DNA from: the human T2T-CHM13v2.0 reference genome, Homo sapiens
Length of the DNA: 64,000 nucleotides
Assembly (NCBI RefSeq): GCF_009914755.1
Contig: NC_060929.1
Reading direction: 5' to 3' (one strand)
The notes beneath the pieces were generated by a model. That model was not told where the DNA came from. It was given only the letters and a program-made list of their open reading frames with translations, and searched no databases. The position numbers and the translations under genes were made by a program. Position 1 is the stretch's first letter; the number at the start of each line of letters is the position of its first letter. Shown here piece after piece: positions 26,655 through 41,962 of the stretch.

Positions 26655-26920
26655 TTCCTGGCAATGGAGTATAGAGGTTAGGGGACCAACTGTATCATCA
26701 TCCACAGCTTGATATGACCCCCAGCTCTGCCAGTTGCTAGCTGGGTGACTTTGGGCAAGTTACTTAAGTTCTCTGCACCTTCTTACCCTGCCTCTAACAT
26801 GACGATCGCCCCAGCACCTACCTCATAGGCCTATTAGGATAAATAAATAATGCATGTCAAGAGCTGAGCACAGGGCATGGCTCACAGGAAGCATTTCATA
26901 AGGGTTAACTCGTGACTACT
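26655..26920. mobile_element. MIR
   Basis: gctgggtgactttgggcaagttacttaa...ctacctcatagg. Confidence 0.8.
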
Positions 26921-27901
26921 TTTTATTGGCATAATACTTAAAGGTTGACCTTAGTAATTAAGTCTATCTTGATTTTCATACCTGTAAAATTTGAGTGAAC
27001 AAATGTGGTAAGACTAAAGGGTTTACTGCAAATTTTCTAGAGAATAATTGGTTCCCTAAGTGATCAGAAACATTTGCTAAGGATAACATGAGGAACGACA
27101 GGGAGAAACATCACATAGGGCTAATGAAAAGGCAGAATCTCTGAATGGAGATGAATACTCCTAGATATTGTGAGATAAACCAAAAAGCGGGAGAGTGTGA
27201 TTGAACTTGTGCATCAGTGATTAGCGTTGGATAGGATTAGCATGCATAAACACAGACTTTTTGGAAAACAGCCCCTTGAAAAGCTATCAGAACTAAAATA
27301 TGATAATAGTCAACACAGTCTGGCCACCAGATGAGGTATTCTGCTGTTTGATAAATTTTATAAAACTGCAGACCTTATTTTAAACTATGTGGAACTATTC
27401 CAAGGACTGATTGCAGAGTACATGAATAGGTATGTGAGTCTGATAAAATAGCTGAAATAAGGACAGGATTGGAAGGACATTGAAGTAAAATTGGCACGTG
27501 TTGTTCCACATCTAAAGGCTGGAAGCCATTTGGGCAGAGGCAGAATCTGGGCTCAGAGTCTAGCCCTGCAGGACCCAGTGTGGCAGCTGCGTGTCTCTGG
27601 AGCACTGGAGAGGGGGCTACTGCAAATTAAGATCTGCTGTAAAGGTAAGATACACACTAATTACAAAAACAAGAATGTAAAATATATCAGAGATTTAAAA
27701 AATATTGATTATATACTAAAAAGCGTCAGCACAGTAACTCACACGTACTAAGCACTCAGGATATGTAGTCTATTTTTTCTGTTGTTGTTTAAACCCAAAG
27801 AGCTGAGAGTTTATTATATGTCAGTGTCCTAGGTAAGACAATACTTGAAGATACCCTCACAGTCTGCCAAATGGAAGAGGAAAACATTCCCGCTTTTTAG
27901 A

Positions 27902-28120
27902 GAGGTGGTTCTCAAATGGGAGAATTTTGCCTCCCAGGGCCATCTGGTGATGTCTGAGACACATTTAACTATCGAAACCTGGGGGAAGTGGCTGCTACTG
28001 GCATCAAGTAGGTGGAGGCCAGGGATACTGCTAAAATCCTACAGTGTACAGGACAAACTACCCCCACAACAAAGAATTGCCACGTCAAAATGTCAATCGG
28101 ACCCAGGTTGAGACATCCTG
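27902..28120. mobile_element. MER20
   Basis: ggttctcaa...tggcatcaagtaggtggaggccagggatactgctaaaatcctacagtg. Confidence 0.85.
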
Positions 28121-28199
28121 AATTAGTGGCTCTTGATCACTTACAGATGTGACTGATTAATAATCAAGCTCAGCGAGTGTGTGGTAGAAGGAGGATTAC

Positions 28200-28388
28200 A
28201 AATGTTATCCAAAGAGGCATCTCCTGGCCAGCAGCCTTGGCGTCACCCAGAATTTACTAGAAGAGCAAATTCTCAGGCCTACCCCAATCCTACTGAGTCA
28301 GATCTCTGGGGGTGAAGCCCCTATATCTACATTTTCACAAGCCTTCCAGGTGATTCTAATACAAGCCAAACTTCTGAGAAGCGCCGCT
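28200..28388. mobile_element. MER5A-type MITE
   Basis: gcaaattctcaggcc...tactgagtcagatctctgggggtg...ccaggtgattctaat. Confidence 0.75.
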
Positions 28389-29212
28389 CCACTGCCCCTG
28401 TGTCCTAGTTACCAACTCCTGCTCATTCCGGGCTGAGCAGTAGGTGGCAGTGAATCGCAGAACGGTATTTGGACGGCTGCTAAATGCTGAGAAGGGGCTG
28501 GCTTGCACCAGATTGGTTGGTGATGGAGCTGGTGACAATTGCTCCAGTGTTCTTACACTAGCCCACAGTTCATGATGCCAGCTTTCTCATCTCAGGAAAG
28601 TTCAGGGAACAAATCCAAACATGGTTCAAAGTCATTCTAAGGTCTCTTCTTAGTCACATGGTGTTTCCAAGGCTTTGAAATTGTTTACTTCTAACTCATG
28701 TTTTCAAAGTTGTATCCTTCAACAGAGAATTCTGTGAGTATCTGGGTTTGGACTATTCTCCTAAGACACCTTCCCACCCTATAAAATCCCAAAGTCATGA
28801 GTACAAATCATTTCTGCCATCCTTGGACACCTTTTGGGCAAAGTATTTGACCCATCTCATGCTGAATGGACCCTTGGCCCCTCCTCTGCAATGGACCAGA
28901 TCCGGTGAATGGTGAACATCCTGTTTCCCTGGATCTTTTGTCAGGCAGATAAAATTCAATGTTTGGCAAACTTTGTTAAGGCTGAGAGTGAGGTCACTGC
29001 AGTTCAGGTTATTTTCTATCTGGGCCACAAGAGGACACCCTCCACTCAGCCATGAGCATCTATAGTCTCCATAAAGCTCCGAAGTGGGTTGAGTGATGTG
29101 CTGGATTATGAAGAGGGGACAGTCACCTGCTAGAGAGGGAGGGGATGTCACTTTCCTTCTGTAGAGTGGTGGGATGAAGTGGCTTTGGATCAGACCTCAG
29201 CCCTGAACTCTA

Positions 29213-29410
29213 GAGCTGGGTTGCTCGAAGTGTGGCTCCCCGACCAACCGTATCCCCGTCAACTGGGAAGTTGTTAGAAAAGCACATTCTGGGGTCCTAG
29301 CCCAGACCTGCTGAATCCGAAGCTCTGGGGGTGGAGCCCAGCAATCTCTGGTTTAACAAGACCCCTCCCCTCCCAGGTGATTTCCATGTGAGCTCTCGCT
29401 CGAGAACTGC
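29213..29410. mobile_element. MER5A-type MITE
   Basis: agtgtggctcccc...gttagaaaagcacattctgggg...cagacctgctgaatc...ccaggtgatt. Confidence 0.8.
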
Positions 29411-30496
29411 TATTCTCTCCTCCAGAGCATCTTCCTGGTTATTCTCTGGGACGCAAAACCATGGTGGTATCTGATCTCATCACACTTCTGCCAGGAGGTG
29501 AAATCGAAGAGGCTACATTCTTGATGCTCAGTGTCTTCTTCAGGTCATTTGCCTGAGGACACCTGGGGATACTGAGGTCAGTCATTCTGCATGAACGTGT
29601 GCAGTCCCTGGGCTCAGCCCTGGGCCGAAGGCTCTGAGGGATGTAAGGGTCACTAAATAATAATTTGTCAGCCCTCACAGAGCTTCCAGTCCTCCATGAA
29701 ATGCAGGGTTGCCGCCTGAAAACAGACCAAAGGGGGCACACGACATGGTTCTGACAGCATGGGTAAATACAAGGAAGCTGGGAGCCGTGCAATGCTGCAC
29801 ACGTCCCCTCCCCGGCTTCATCTCCCATTCCCTCCCACCCAGCTGCTGTTGCAGGGCCCCCTGCCTTCTTTTTCACTCTCAACAGCACACCCTCAGTTTG
29901 CCCTTGTTTTCATTTCCTTTTCCCCTTACCTCCCATACCTCTTTTCCAATCTCTCCCCCTCCCGTTCTGGTTTTGTTGTAAATCACAAAATTTCAGGAAC
30001 AGGCCCAGCAAGGACAGAAGCCCCAAGGGGCAGGGGAAAAGGAGAGAAACTGCATAGATAAGAACAGGCTTCTTCTCAGAGTAAAGACTAAGAAGACACA
30101 GCCGTACTGTAATAGTAGTTACCCTTGTCCGAAGGGCAGTGCAAGCCTGGAAAAGGGAGACCACCCGTGGGCTAGGGAGTGGGGAAGAAGCTCATTAGGG
30201 TGTCTGGACACGAGCTAAACCTTCACAGGGCACGGGGACTTGGGAAAGCAGAGGGGACGGAGAGGCCATGCCAGCCCCATAGCAGGGAGGAGCTGGGGTG
30301 GGAGGGGGGCCGGGGGCAGCCTGGTGGGGAGGGAGGATGGATGGGGAGTCATAGGAAGTGAGGCAAGATGGGCTCCCAGATGGAGGAGGGAGCAGTTAAA
30401 GTCTGAGTTTTATGATAGATGTACCAAAGAGGTGTGATAGGTTCTGAGCAGAGGAAAACTGTGTATATTGTTATTGTGAAGACATCTTCTCTTCCT

Positions 30497-30795
30497 GAGG
30501 TCACAAACTCAAATGCCTATAGCATGAAGCAGGCCAGGTAAGAAGCTGGAGGGCCTGGAGGGGTCGCGTGAGCTGGAGAGCACGTGTCCACCCTGAAGTG
30601 GGCAGTGATACACAAATCCCGACAATTATTACCGGGGGCAAGTAGAAGCTGAGTTGCGAAGTCATCCAGTTTTTCGACAGAAATTGGATGTCTGGATTTC
30701 TTTCTCATAATGTAAAATTTCTTCATTTTTAAATAGGCAGCTCATTGAAAATTTAAAAAAATCTGTACACCTTTGGGTGGTAACTTCTGACCTGC
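30497..30795. mobile_element. MER102-like hAT element
   Basis: ggtcacaaactcaaatgcctatag terminus; degenerate. Confidence 0.55.
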
Positions 30796-33059
30796 ATTTT
30801 AAAAAATTGGACCTGAGGGTTTGTACCATACTCTTAATCAAAAATATTATGACCATTGTTTCTTCTTAGTTTCCTCCCTCACCCCTTTCTAGTAAATCCA
30901 TTTATTATGAACAAAAAATATGATAACATCCAAACATGAACAACGTACTGTTTTCAACACTGCACACGAATTATCTCATCCTCATACAACCCTGTAAGAT
31001 TATCTACTCCCACTCTATAGATGAGAGAACTGAGGTACAGAGAGGGAAAACAACTTGCTCCAAATCTCACTAGTTTTAAGTGGGGGAGCCAAGACCGAAG
31101 CCCAGGTGGTCAGACTACAGGGTCGTGAGTTCAGCCTGTGTGTTATATCCTTCCCTATATTCTTTGGTGACCATATTTCAGTTGTGTTTTTCCCTCTTCC
31201 AAGTATGAGTGACATTTGTGAGGTTGTATTTTCCTTCTTGTGTTAAAATATTAGGTTCACTGTCTTTATTGCCCGTGCCCTGGTGCCTGAGGCCTGTGAG
31301 TCAGCTGTGCTCAGTCTAGCAAGCATCCATGGAGGACCCGCCGTGCGCCATGCATCGTGCTGGTGCCAGCTGTCCCATTTCATGAAACTCCATTTTAATA
31401 AAAGATACTGACAGATAGAAACCAAAAATTTCAACCTAATATGGGATGTTATGTTGAGACAAAGGCATCTTTGGTATGCACTGCGATCATATAATGGAGT
31501 CATAAATGTGGAGGAGGGGTGGGTCAGGGAAGACTTCCTGGGAGAAACGTCCTGGGGGCTAAGTCTCAAAGAACTCTGAGGAACACCAGGTTCAAGAGGC
31601 CAGGCATTAGAAGTCAGAGGGGTGCAGGGAAGGTCAGCAGAGTGGCGATAAGGCAGGAGGAAGGAGCCTGGGATGGTAGGGTTGAGCCTACCTGAGACAG
31701 CTGATGGATAGGAGGAAGGGACCAGTCAGAGGGGCTGGGGAATCATGACCTGACATTGTGTGTGTTGATTCAGTGTCTACACGCTCAGTGTCAGGCCATG
31801 GGGAAGACCCCACAGAGAGGGTAAGGCTTGTTGTTGAAGTGGATGGATGAGAGGCTCTACCCCTCATTATTTGTGGGGCCTTAGGCAGGCTGCTTTGCCT
31901 CTGGGAAGCTGAGTTTCCTCACCTGTGAAATGAACTCAAACTTATTCAGCTTAGTGAGTACTGAATAAGAAGATGCTGGTGCCAAGTCTAGCACAATGCC
32001 TGACCCCAGCAATCATTCAGACAATGTTTGCGATTACTATCATTTCTGACACTTAGTAAATGTTTACTGAAGGAGTGAAAGGGACCAATGGCTTAGGTGA
32101 CCCCAGCGGCACCCAATGCAGTTGGGAGATCAGATCATCAGCTAAGCTTAAGCCTGGCCCATGATTTCCACTTGTCTTACGAGGACTGGGAAATAAGGGT
32201 TACATTAGTTTGAGGGAGACTTCAGCTTTAATATAAATTCCAAGTGACGCCATCCAGTCCACCGGAGAAGCAGCCTGCCTCAACAGGCAAGTCTGACCAC
32301 AGAGACTGCAGCTGAATCAGCCGTAACTCGGAGCTGAGGCTGATAATTTTCTGAGGCTTGTCTGCACGCCTGTGAATCTTGCGTTCCTGTAGGTTACATC
32401 ATTCTGTCCAGGTGCAGACAGTCCTGCTGATGGAACACTCCCCGGCAGCTGCAGCAACCTGGCACCTGGCATGGAGGAGTCCATCTGGTGGTGATATGCA
32501 GCCACTCAGGACTCATGCCAGCCACGCCGGCTCCTGGATGACAGGCAGATATGGCTGCGGCTGCCTTGCTTACTCCCAAATAGCACAGAGCAGGACAGTC
32601 TTCCAGCCAGGTGGGTAGTTCCAGGAGGCCACATTCACCTTGGAGATTCCTACCATACTCAGGAAAAGAAAGAAAAGCTGCGTACAGTTCTTACAATCAT
32701 GCTTGTCATTTCTGTAGTCCTTTTTGTTTAAGGATCTCAGCTGCTGGGGCACGTGCAAGTTTTCCTTCAGTTTCTGTGCCAGCAATAATGTGCCTTGATT
32801 TTCGGGCAGTTATAAGTGGCCAGAGAGAAAGGGGACCTTAAAAGTGTAAGCCTGGCTTATTTTTTCTGGAATGAGCTTTCTGCAGCAGTGGGTCCCAAAC
32901 TCAGCACTGTGCTGGGCTTTTCTGGAGGAATATGACACACACAGGGCTGCCAATTCTGATTCAGTAGGTGTGTGGCCAGCCCCAAACACCTGCATTATTA
33001 ACCAGCTCACGGGGTGGTCCCCTGACCGGCTGCCTCCAATCCCCTGAGGTACTTGTTAA

Positions 33060-33405
<346 letters not shown>

Positions 33406-33688
33406 AATGGCTTCCTTTTTAACAGGTGCATTTTGCCACAGGTCCCTCAGCGGCTCTTGAACACAGTCAAGTTTTAGAGCTGCTGCCGTATGTGATTCTG
33501 ATGCACCGTATTTGACTACTACTCCAGAACAATTATGCTTGAATTTCTGTCTTGCAGACCCTAGATTTTTTTTCCCTGACTCAACTAGACTGTCCTCAGC
33601 AGCTGAGAGAAGTGTTGTTGGCCAACATAACACAAAAGAGGCAAAGAAAGTAGAAAAGTGATGTAATCTGAAGCCATGTGGAGTCTGA

Positions 33689-34412
<724 letters not shown>

Positions 34413-34639
34413 TGAGTTTGCTGGCACCTAGGCGGTTAACCCAGAAGCCGCCTCTGTGCCCTTTAGGGCAGGCAAGTTTTAAAGCTCTCCTTTCAACTTT
34501 GGGCCAACAACATCTCACAGGGTAAGAAGATGCACTTTCCTCCCCCAAGGCGCTGTTTTTCAGTATTCTTTGACCATGAGGTCCTCAAGAGTGTATCTTT
34601 TCTTCTTTTCTTCCTCTGCAGCTGATGATCCCTGGGAGA

Positions 34640-34818
34640 ATTTTTTTCTTTTCTTTTCTTTTTTTTTTTTAGAGATAGGGTCTTTCTCTGTCACCCAGAC
34701 TGGAGTGCAGTGGCTCAGGCATAGCTTACTGTAGCCTTGAATTCCTGGGTTCAAGCAATCCTCCCACCTCAGTCCCCTAAGCAGCTAGGATTACAAGCAA
34801 AAGCCACCATACTCGGCC
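34640..34818 (-). mobile_element. Alu monomer (FRAM-type)
   Basis: Single arm; TSD cctgggagaattt. Confidence 0.85.
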
Positions 34819-35056
34819 CCTGGGAGAATTTCTACATCTTCAGAAGAATTCTCCCAGGAACTCTTGAGATGAGAATAACCCATGTCCACTCAGCACTGTG
34901 AGCCAGGAACATGCAAAGTGTCTTTCTCCTACTCCATGGTGGCCAGAGATCAAACAGCCATTCCTGAAGGCCAGACACTGGAGACATTTAAAAAAAACCT
35001 GTTTTAAAATTTATTTTATTATATTCCATAACATGTCAAAATTTAAGACAGCTTTA

Positions 35057-35342
35057 GGCCGGAGGGCTCACGCCTGTGATCCCAGCACTTTGGGAGGCTG
35101 AGATGGGTGGATTGCTTGAGCCTAGGAGTTCGAGACCAGCCTGGACAACATGGCAAAACCTCGCCTCTACAAAAAGCAAAAAAATTAGCTAGGCGTGGTG
35201 GCACGTGCCTGTAGACCCAGCTACCTGAGAAGCTGAGGTGGGGTGGAAGGCTCGCTTGAGTCCAGGAGGTCAAGGCTGTAGTGAGCTGTGGTCATGCCAC
35301 TGCACTCCAGCCTTGGTGACAGAGTGAGACCCTGTCTCCAAA
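35057..35342 (+). mobile_element. AluJ with eroded tail
   Basis: Full dimer; TSD aagacagcttta. Confidence 0.9.
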
Positions 35343-35482
35343 GACAGCTTTAAAATTGCATACAGTATATCTCAAGAAGAGGAATAACAACAAAGAGAAA
35401 TAAAGGAAGGGGAACCAATGAAACTAGGTAGAGGTTGATGCATGAACTCCTGGCACACTTACTAAAGACAGTACACCGATTT

Positions 35483-35803
35483 GTGTTTTTTTTGTTTGTT
35501 TGTTTGTTTGTTTGTTTGTTTTGAGACAGAGTCTCGCTCTGTCATCCAGGCTAGAGTGCAGTGGCGTGATCTTAGCTCACTGTAACTTCTGCCTCCTGGG
35601 TTCAAGCGATTCTCCTGCCTTAGCCTCCTATGTAGCTGGGACTACAGGAACATGGCACCACGCCCAGCTAGTTTTTGTATTTTTAGTAGAGACAGGGTTT
35701 CGCCATGTTATCCAGGCTGGCCTCAAACTCTTGACCTCAGGTGATCCGCGTGCCTCAGCCTCCCAAAGTGCTAGGATTACAGGTGTGAGCCACCACACCC
35801 AGC
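35483..35803 (-). mobile_element. AluSx-like with (TTTG)n tail
   Basis: Full dimer. Confidence 0.93.
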
Positions 35804-36521
35804 TGGTTCTAAGCTTTTTAGCAAGGAAGAAGTGGTCAGGCTTAAAGATAACCCAAATGACGTCAATTCCTTTACCCTTTCCTTTATTATTTTTTAAATC
35901 TATCATTTTTTGAGCTTCTACTATGTGCCAGGCACTGTCCGAGGCATGGAGGATACAGCCGCAGTCAAAATGAAGCCCCTGTCTCTGTGTAGCTGACTCT
36001 CCAAGTGGGAGAGGGAAACAACATGCAAGTAAGCAATGCCATACATGATAATCATATGTCAGGCGGTGCTAAATGCTAAATGAAAATGACCACAGCATGC
36101 CTAAGGATGGAAAGTAACTGGGAAGAGGTGTGGCCATTTTAGACTGGGGCACTATGGAAGCCCCCCAGGGACGGGCATTCGGGCAGCAACCTAAAGATGG
36201 AGGCGGGGAGCTGCACCGATGTGTGGGAGAAGAGTGTCAGGCAGAGGACAGTGTGTGCAAAAGCCACAGAGCGTGACAGTCATGGGTGTCTGTGGAACTC
36301 CCAAAAGACAGCGTGGCCCAAGCACAGTAAAAGGGGAGACCCGGAAGGGGTAGGAAGTTCACAGCACCCTGGGGATTTGTGCAACATGGCGGCCCTGGGG
36401 AGGAGATGAGGTCAGGAGGAGAAGGCAACTCCCCAGGCCATGGCCTTAGGGCAGGGAGGCAATATGATTTCAAGAGACCACTCTGGCCACTGTGTAGAAA
36501 ACAGGGAGTCAGCAGGGGCGG

Positions 36522-36921
36522 GGCATTAGTTTGCTGGGGCTGCCATAATAAAATGCCACAGGCTGAGTGGCTTCAACAACAAAGTTATTTTCTTACAGTT
36601 GTGGAGGCCAGACGTTCAAGTAAGATCAAGAGGTTGGCAGGTTACTTTATGCTGAAGTCTCTTTCCTTGGCTGGCTGCCACCACCTTCTCACTATGTCCT
36701 CACAGGGTCTCTCTGTGTGCACACATCCCTGGTGTCTGGGTGTCCAAATTTCCACCTCTTATGAGGGCATCAGTCAGATTGGATTAGGACCCACCCTAAT
36801 GACTCATTTTAACTTAATCACATCTTCAAAGCCCTTATCCCCCAATACAGTCCCATTCTGAGCTACTGAGGGTTAAAGCTTCAACACATGAATTGGAGGG
36901 GACACAGTTCGACCTGTAACA
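36522..36921 (-). mobile_element. MLT1A-C type MaLR solo LTR
   Basis: attagtttgctggggctgccataataaaatgccacagg...ggggacacagttcgacctgtaaca. Confidence 0.85.
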
Positions 36922-37384
36922 GGGCAATGACAGAATCAGGGAGACCAGTTACGAGGCTAATGCCATGATCCAGGCAAGAGATGATGGTAGCTTGGACCAG
37001 AGTGATAGGTGTGAAAGTGTGAGAAGTGGTCAGATTCTGCAAATATCTTACAGGTGGGATAGGATTCATTGATAGAATGGATGTAGAGTGTGAAGAAGGA
37101 GGGGAGACAAGGATGGCTACAGTTTTTTTTTTTTTTTTTTTTGTCATGAGCAACTGGAAGCATGGAGTTGACATTTATTGAGATGGGAAAACTATGAGAG
37201 GAGCAAATTTGGAGGGGAATGCTGAGATCAAGGAGTTTAGGTTGGGAACTCCTTGTAAGTTTGACGTACCTGTTAGGCATCCAGGTGGAAATACCAAATA
37301 GCCAGGAGGAGATAACCAACATTCAATTTAGGAGAGAGGTCAGGGTTGACTGACATCATTATTTTTTTCTCATTCCTATGGTTT

Positions 37385-38410
37385 CTTTTTTTAATATAGA
37401 AATTTTGTTGAGAAATAATTCACGTACCATAAATTTTTCTTTCTAAAATGTACAGAGTGGTAGGTTTCAGTATATTCACAGGATGGATGGTGCAACAATC
37501 ACCACTATCTAATTTCAGAACATTTCATCACCCCAAAAAGGAATCCCATACCCATTAGTCATTCCCCAGTCCTCTCTCCCCTTAAGCCCTTGACACCATG
37601 AAATTGCTTTCTCCCCTACTGATTTGCCTATTATGAACATTTTATAAAAATGGAATCATAAAATATGTGGCCTTTTGTTTCTGGCTTCTTTCACTGTGCA
37701 TAATGTTTTCAAGGTACACTTATGAGTATCAGTGCTTCATTCCTTTTTATCGTTGAATAATATTCTATTGTATAGACTAGCCATGTTTAGTTTGTCCATT
37801 CATCAGTCAATGGGCATTTGGGTTGTTTCCACTTTGGGCTGTTATGAATAATGTTGCTATGCACATTCATGTATAAGTTTTTGTGTGAACATGTGTTTTC
37901 AGTTCTCTTGGGTATACTTAGAAGCGGAATGCTGAGTCATAGGATAACTTTATTTTTAACATTTTCAGGAACTGCCAAACTGTTTTCTAAAACAGCTGTA
38001 CATTTTACATTCTCACCAGGAATGTATGAAACTTCCAATTTCTCCAGATATTCAGCAATCCTTGTTATTGTCTGTCTTTTTTTATTATAGCCATCCTAGT
38101 GAGGGTGAAGTGGTATCTCACTGTGATTTTGATTTGCATTTCTCTGATGACTAATGATATTGAATATTTTTCATGTGCTTATTGGCCACTTTTATATCTG
38201 CTTTGGAAAAAATGTCTATTCAAATTTGTTGCCTATTTTTTTCACTGGGCTGTTTATCTTTTTATTGTTGAACTGAGAAGTTCTTTATATACTCTGGGTA
38301 TAAGTCCCTGTCTGATATATGACTCACAAATATTTTGTCCTATTCTGTGGATTTTCTTTTCCCTTTCTTAATCATCCTTGGAAGCATAAGAATTTTTCAT
38401 TTTGATGACC
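37385..38410 (-). mobile_element. Old L1 (L1MB-type) 3' region
   Basis: gtgaagtggtatctcactgtgattttgatttgcatttctctgatgactaatgat, antisense ORF2 C-terminus. Confidence 0.88.
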
Positions 38411-38509
38411 CGACATACAAATTTGAGAGTCATCAGCATATAAATGTTATTTTAAGCCACAAGACTCCACAAGATCCACTGGAAAGTTAGCTTAATAAGA
38501 AATAGAAGT

Positions 38510-38907
<398 letters not shown>

Positions 38908-40688
38908 CTAAGAGGACTGAGGACTCCACTCTCACTTCCTCTTTTCTCTGAGTTTTGGAGTGCCCATTCCTTTCCAGAGTAGCAACAGAAAATTAAAAAC
39001 TCATGTTTGTTTTTTAGGAATTGCAATTCCAACCCTCTCTTTCAATTCTCACCTTCAAGGCCATGCAGGTTCCAAGGGCTTTGCCCGTTCTGATGAGGAG
39101 TGCTAGCATGTCAATTCAGGCCCCAAGATGGCATTAAAACCACCAGAGATTTATTGGATTTCCTGGCCTTGAAAGATAAGGGGGAAAGGGAGCAGCAGTG
39201 GTCAGCAAGAGCCTTCAGACTGCATTGTAGCTTTGATGTCTCTGAAAGGAGAGGGAGAAGAAAGGAGGGCTGGGTAGGAAGAGCTTCAGGCTGTAGAGCG
39301 GTTCTGAGAACATCTTGTCAAGCCCAACTGGGGTCCCAGCACAAAGCTTGCCCACAAAGTTGTCCATGCTGGCCAGAAATGGCTTGGCTCTAGTACTTCT
39401 GCCAAACTATCATTGGCTGGGAACAGCTTAGGGAGAATGCTGCCCTAGCATGAACACTGCGGTCGATCTCAAAGATACCGAATCTGGAGGCCGTCTGCTA
39501 ACTGCAATCCTTCCAGCAGGTTCTTTCTTGAAGCAAGACCTGAGTGCTGCATTCCTATGGCTTCCACAGTCCATCTCTAGTCCTCACAGACCCGCTTCTC
39601 CATATAAACTCAGGAAGCAGCTCCTCTGGAGTTTTCATGAGTTTCTCTTCCTGGTGGGGAAATTAGAAGGAGATGAAAACTGACTACAGCTTCTGTAGCT
39701 TCAGTAGATGCAGCTTCTCAGTGCTGCAGGTGATGCTGATCGCCTCCCTCTTGCTAGCCATTTAAAATTCCCCTCACCCTGTTATCACCCCTGCAGGTCT
39801 TTATGGCTTACCTGGTGATGTGACTTAAACCCTCATTCTTGAGGAGGCTGAGTCTCAGCCTTCTCAACTGGGGTTGCTGTACCTATCTACATGTCACCTG
39901 GGTTCCACATGCATGCCCTCATACTTCCATTGTGTACGGGCAGCCCTGTATGCTTTTGCTGATCAGGATCAATTACCTCTGCCAAGATGGCAACTCCTTG
40001 CCTATTGGCTCCTAGACACACAGTCCAAAGTTCCCTGGCAGCAGCCATAGCTTGTAGTTCAGTGGGACCCTTGCTGTGTCCTCTGGCAAGAGTGCACCCT
40101 TTCTGAGAACCATGACCTCCAACCCTGCAGAGCCTAGAGTTGTGGGGACAGGAAATACCAAGTCTCTCAATGGGTCATTAGGAGTAGTGGTAAGTGGGGA
40201 CACTCCTGCTTCCATTCCTTGGTTTCCTGATCAATGTATTCATCCTACTGGGGACACAGTGACATTGAGATCTCTGATTTAATGCCTATGACAGATCCTG
40301 ATGCATGGCACCCATCCTTCAGCTGTGCCTGTAGAAAGCGATTTCCACACACTGCAAGGCCCACTGCATCTAGATGGTGTGCTTCTGGGTGATATGACCA
40401 GTGGATCCCATGTTAATGGGCCCACATCTGCACTTCTTTTGCTGTGAAGGGACCCCTGGTTAGATGCTGTGTTGGGTAGGACAACAACTGTGGATCATTT
40501 ATTCCTTAAGCCCCTGAATAGTGGTGCTGACTAAGGCTTTGTCAAAGGGAAAGGCAAATCCATATCCTGAACAATTCCTTCTATGAGGTTGAACTAATAG
40601 CCCTTCCAAGGCAGAAAGAGCTCAATGTTGCCAATTTGTCACCAAGTAGCCAGCTGGTTTCTTTCAGGAATAATGCTACTTTGGGGGC

Positions 40689-41082
40689 TATATTAGTTTC
40701 CTGGGGCTGCCATAACAAAGTAGCACAGACTGGGTGGCTTAAAAAACAGAAACTTATGTCTCACAGTTCTGGAGGCTAGAAGTCCAAGATGAAGGTATGG
40801 CAAGTTTCACAGGGCCATGGAGGAAGTATCTGTTCTAGGCTTCTCCCCTTGGCTTGTAGACGGGTATCTTCTCCTTGTGTCTTCACGTTATCTTCTCTTT
40901 GTATGTGTCTGTGTCCAATTTTTCTTATAAGGACTCTAGTCATGTTCGATTACAGCCAACCCTAATGACCTGATTTTAACTTAATGCCCTTTAAAGACCC
41001 CATCTCCAAATGCGGTCACATTCTGAAGTACTAGGGGTTAGGACTTCAACGTATGAATTTTGGGGGGGGAACTATACAGCCC
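40689..41082 (-). mobile_element. MLT1B/C-type LTR nested in the ERV-L, one end truncated
   Basis: tattagtttcctggggctgccataacaaagtagcacagactgggtggcttaaa. Confidence 0.85.
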
Positions 41083-41314
41083 TAGCAGAGATAGATCACT
41101 TTGCCATTGGGTGCAAAGTGATCATGTATCTGAAACTGCCTATTATGAGCTGGTTTTGTTGGATCAAGTCATAAGCTGGGTGAGCCCAGCAGCACCACAT
41201 TGTAAGATGGAAATGATACATTTGGAATCAAGCTGCATGAACAGGTAGTCCAGACCCCAGGTCACCTGTCACAGTTGCACAAGTGTTTCTCCCCTAACTG
41301 GTACCTATGCCATG
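41079..41314 (+). repeat. Inverted duplicate of 41972-42207
   Basis: 236 bp, 9 mismatches by manual alignment (about 96%), no gaps. Confidence 0.95.
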
Positions 41315-41881
41315 GATCTCAGGACTGGTCTATGTTGCTTCCAAGTTGAACACTCAAAGGTAGCAGTAGCTAGATCAGCCACAGTAGGTGGGGATCCATG
41401 TTGTTTGGCCCATACATGTATGGGCACCCTCTCTGCTACCAAGGCCACTCCATGCCTGTGCCCACCATGCACATGACATCAGCCTGCTGAATTACTTGTC
41501 TACTTGGTTGTTGAGTACCTCTTCCATGGTGGATGCTTTCTGGCAGGCATTAAAATGTGATACAAAAATCCTCACTTTGTACCCATTCCCATATGTGTCT
41601 GCTCCAGACCTCCTTGTCTCCCAGACCCCTAATCTGATGAGCAGGCCATTGGCCTCTGCCCATAAATCTCTATAGTCTCACCTCAAATCACACAAAATAG
41701 GTGAGCACATGCACCACTTTCTGCTCCATCCATTGGGAAAATTTTCCATCTCCATCCACTGTGTTTCAAGACGACTCCTGAATGTAGCTGGAGTCCAGCT
41801 GCCATACCCTTTTGCGTTTCACCTGTCTAACAACCCAAGCCATTTATAAATCAAGCTAGGGCTTCTTTCTCCTCCTCCAGC

Positions 41882-41962
41882 CCATGGCACACGTTTACCT
41901 ATGTAACAAACCTGAACATCCTGCACAAGTACCCTTGAACTTAAAAGTTGGGGAATAAAAAG
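41882..41962 (+). mobile_element. Short primate L1 3'-terminal fragment
   Basis: catggcacacgtttacctatgtaacaaacctgaacatcctgcac..gtaccc..gaacttaaa. Confidence 0.85.

Noticed and set aside
26185-26712. Six overlapping Y/I/C/V/H/T-rich ORFs
   Set aside because: Artefact of a stop-free TA/CA/TG microsatellite.
27321-27339. CTCF-like TGGCCACCAGATGAGG (and a similar partial match near 32480)
   Set aside because: Lacks the critical GGC of the core.
29426-29888. 149-aa minus ORF and a faint KRAB-like or exon-like impression near 29460
   Set aside because: No recognisable domain on translation; splice signals only moderate.
35057-35803. Tail-to-tail inverted Alu pair
   Set aside because: AluJ versus AluS, divergent and about 140 bp apart; a common configuration in Alu-rich DNA.
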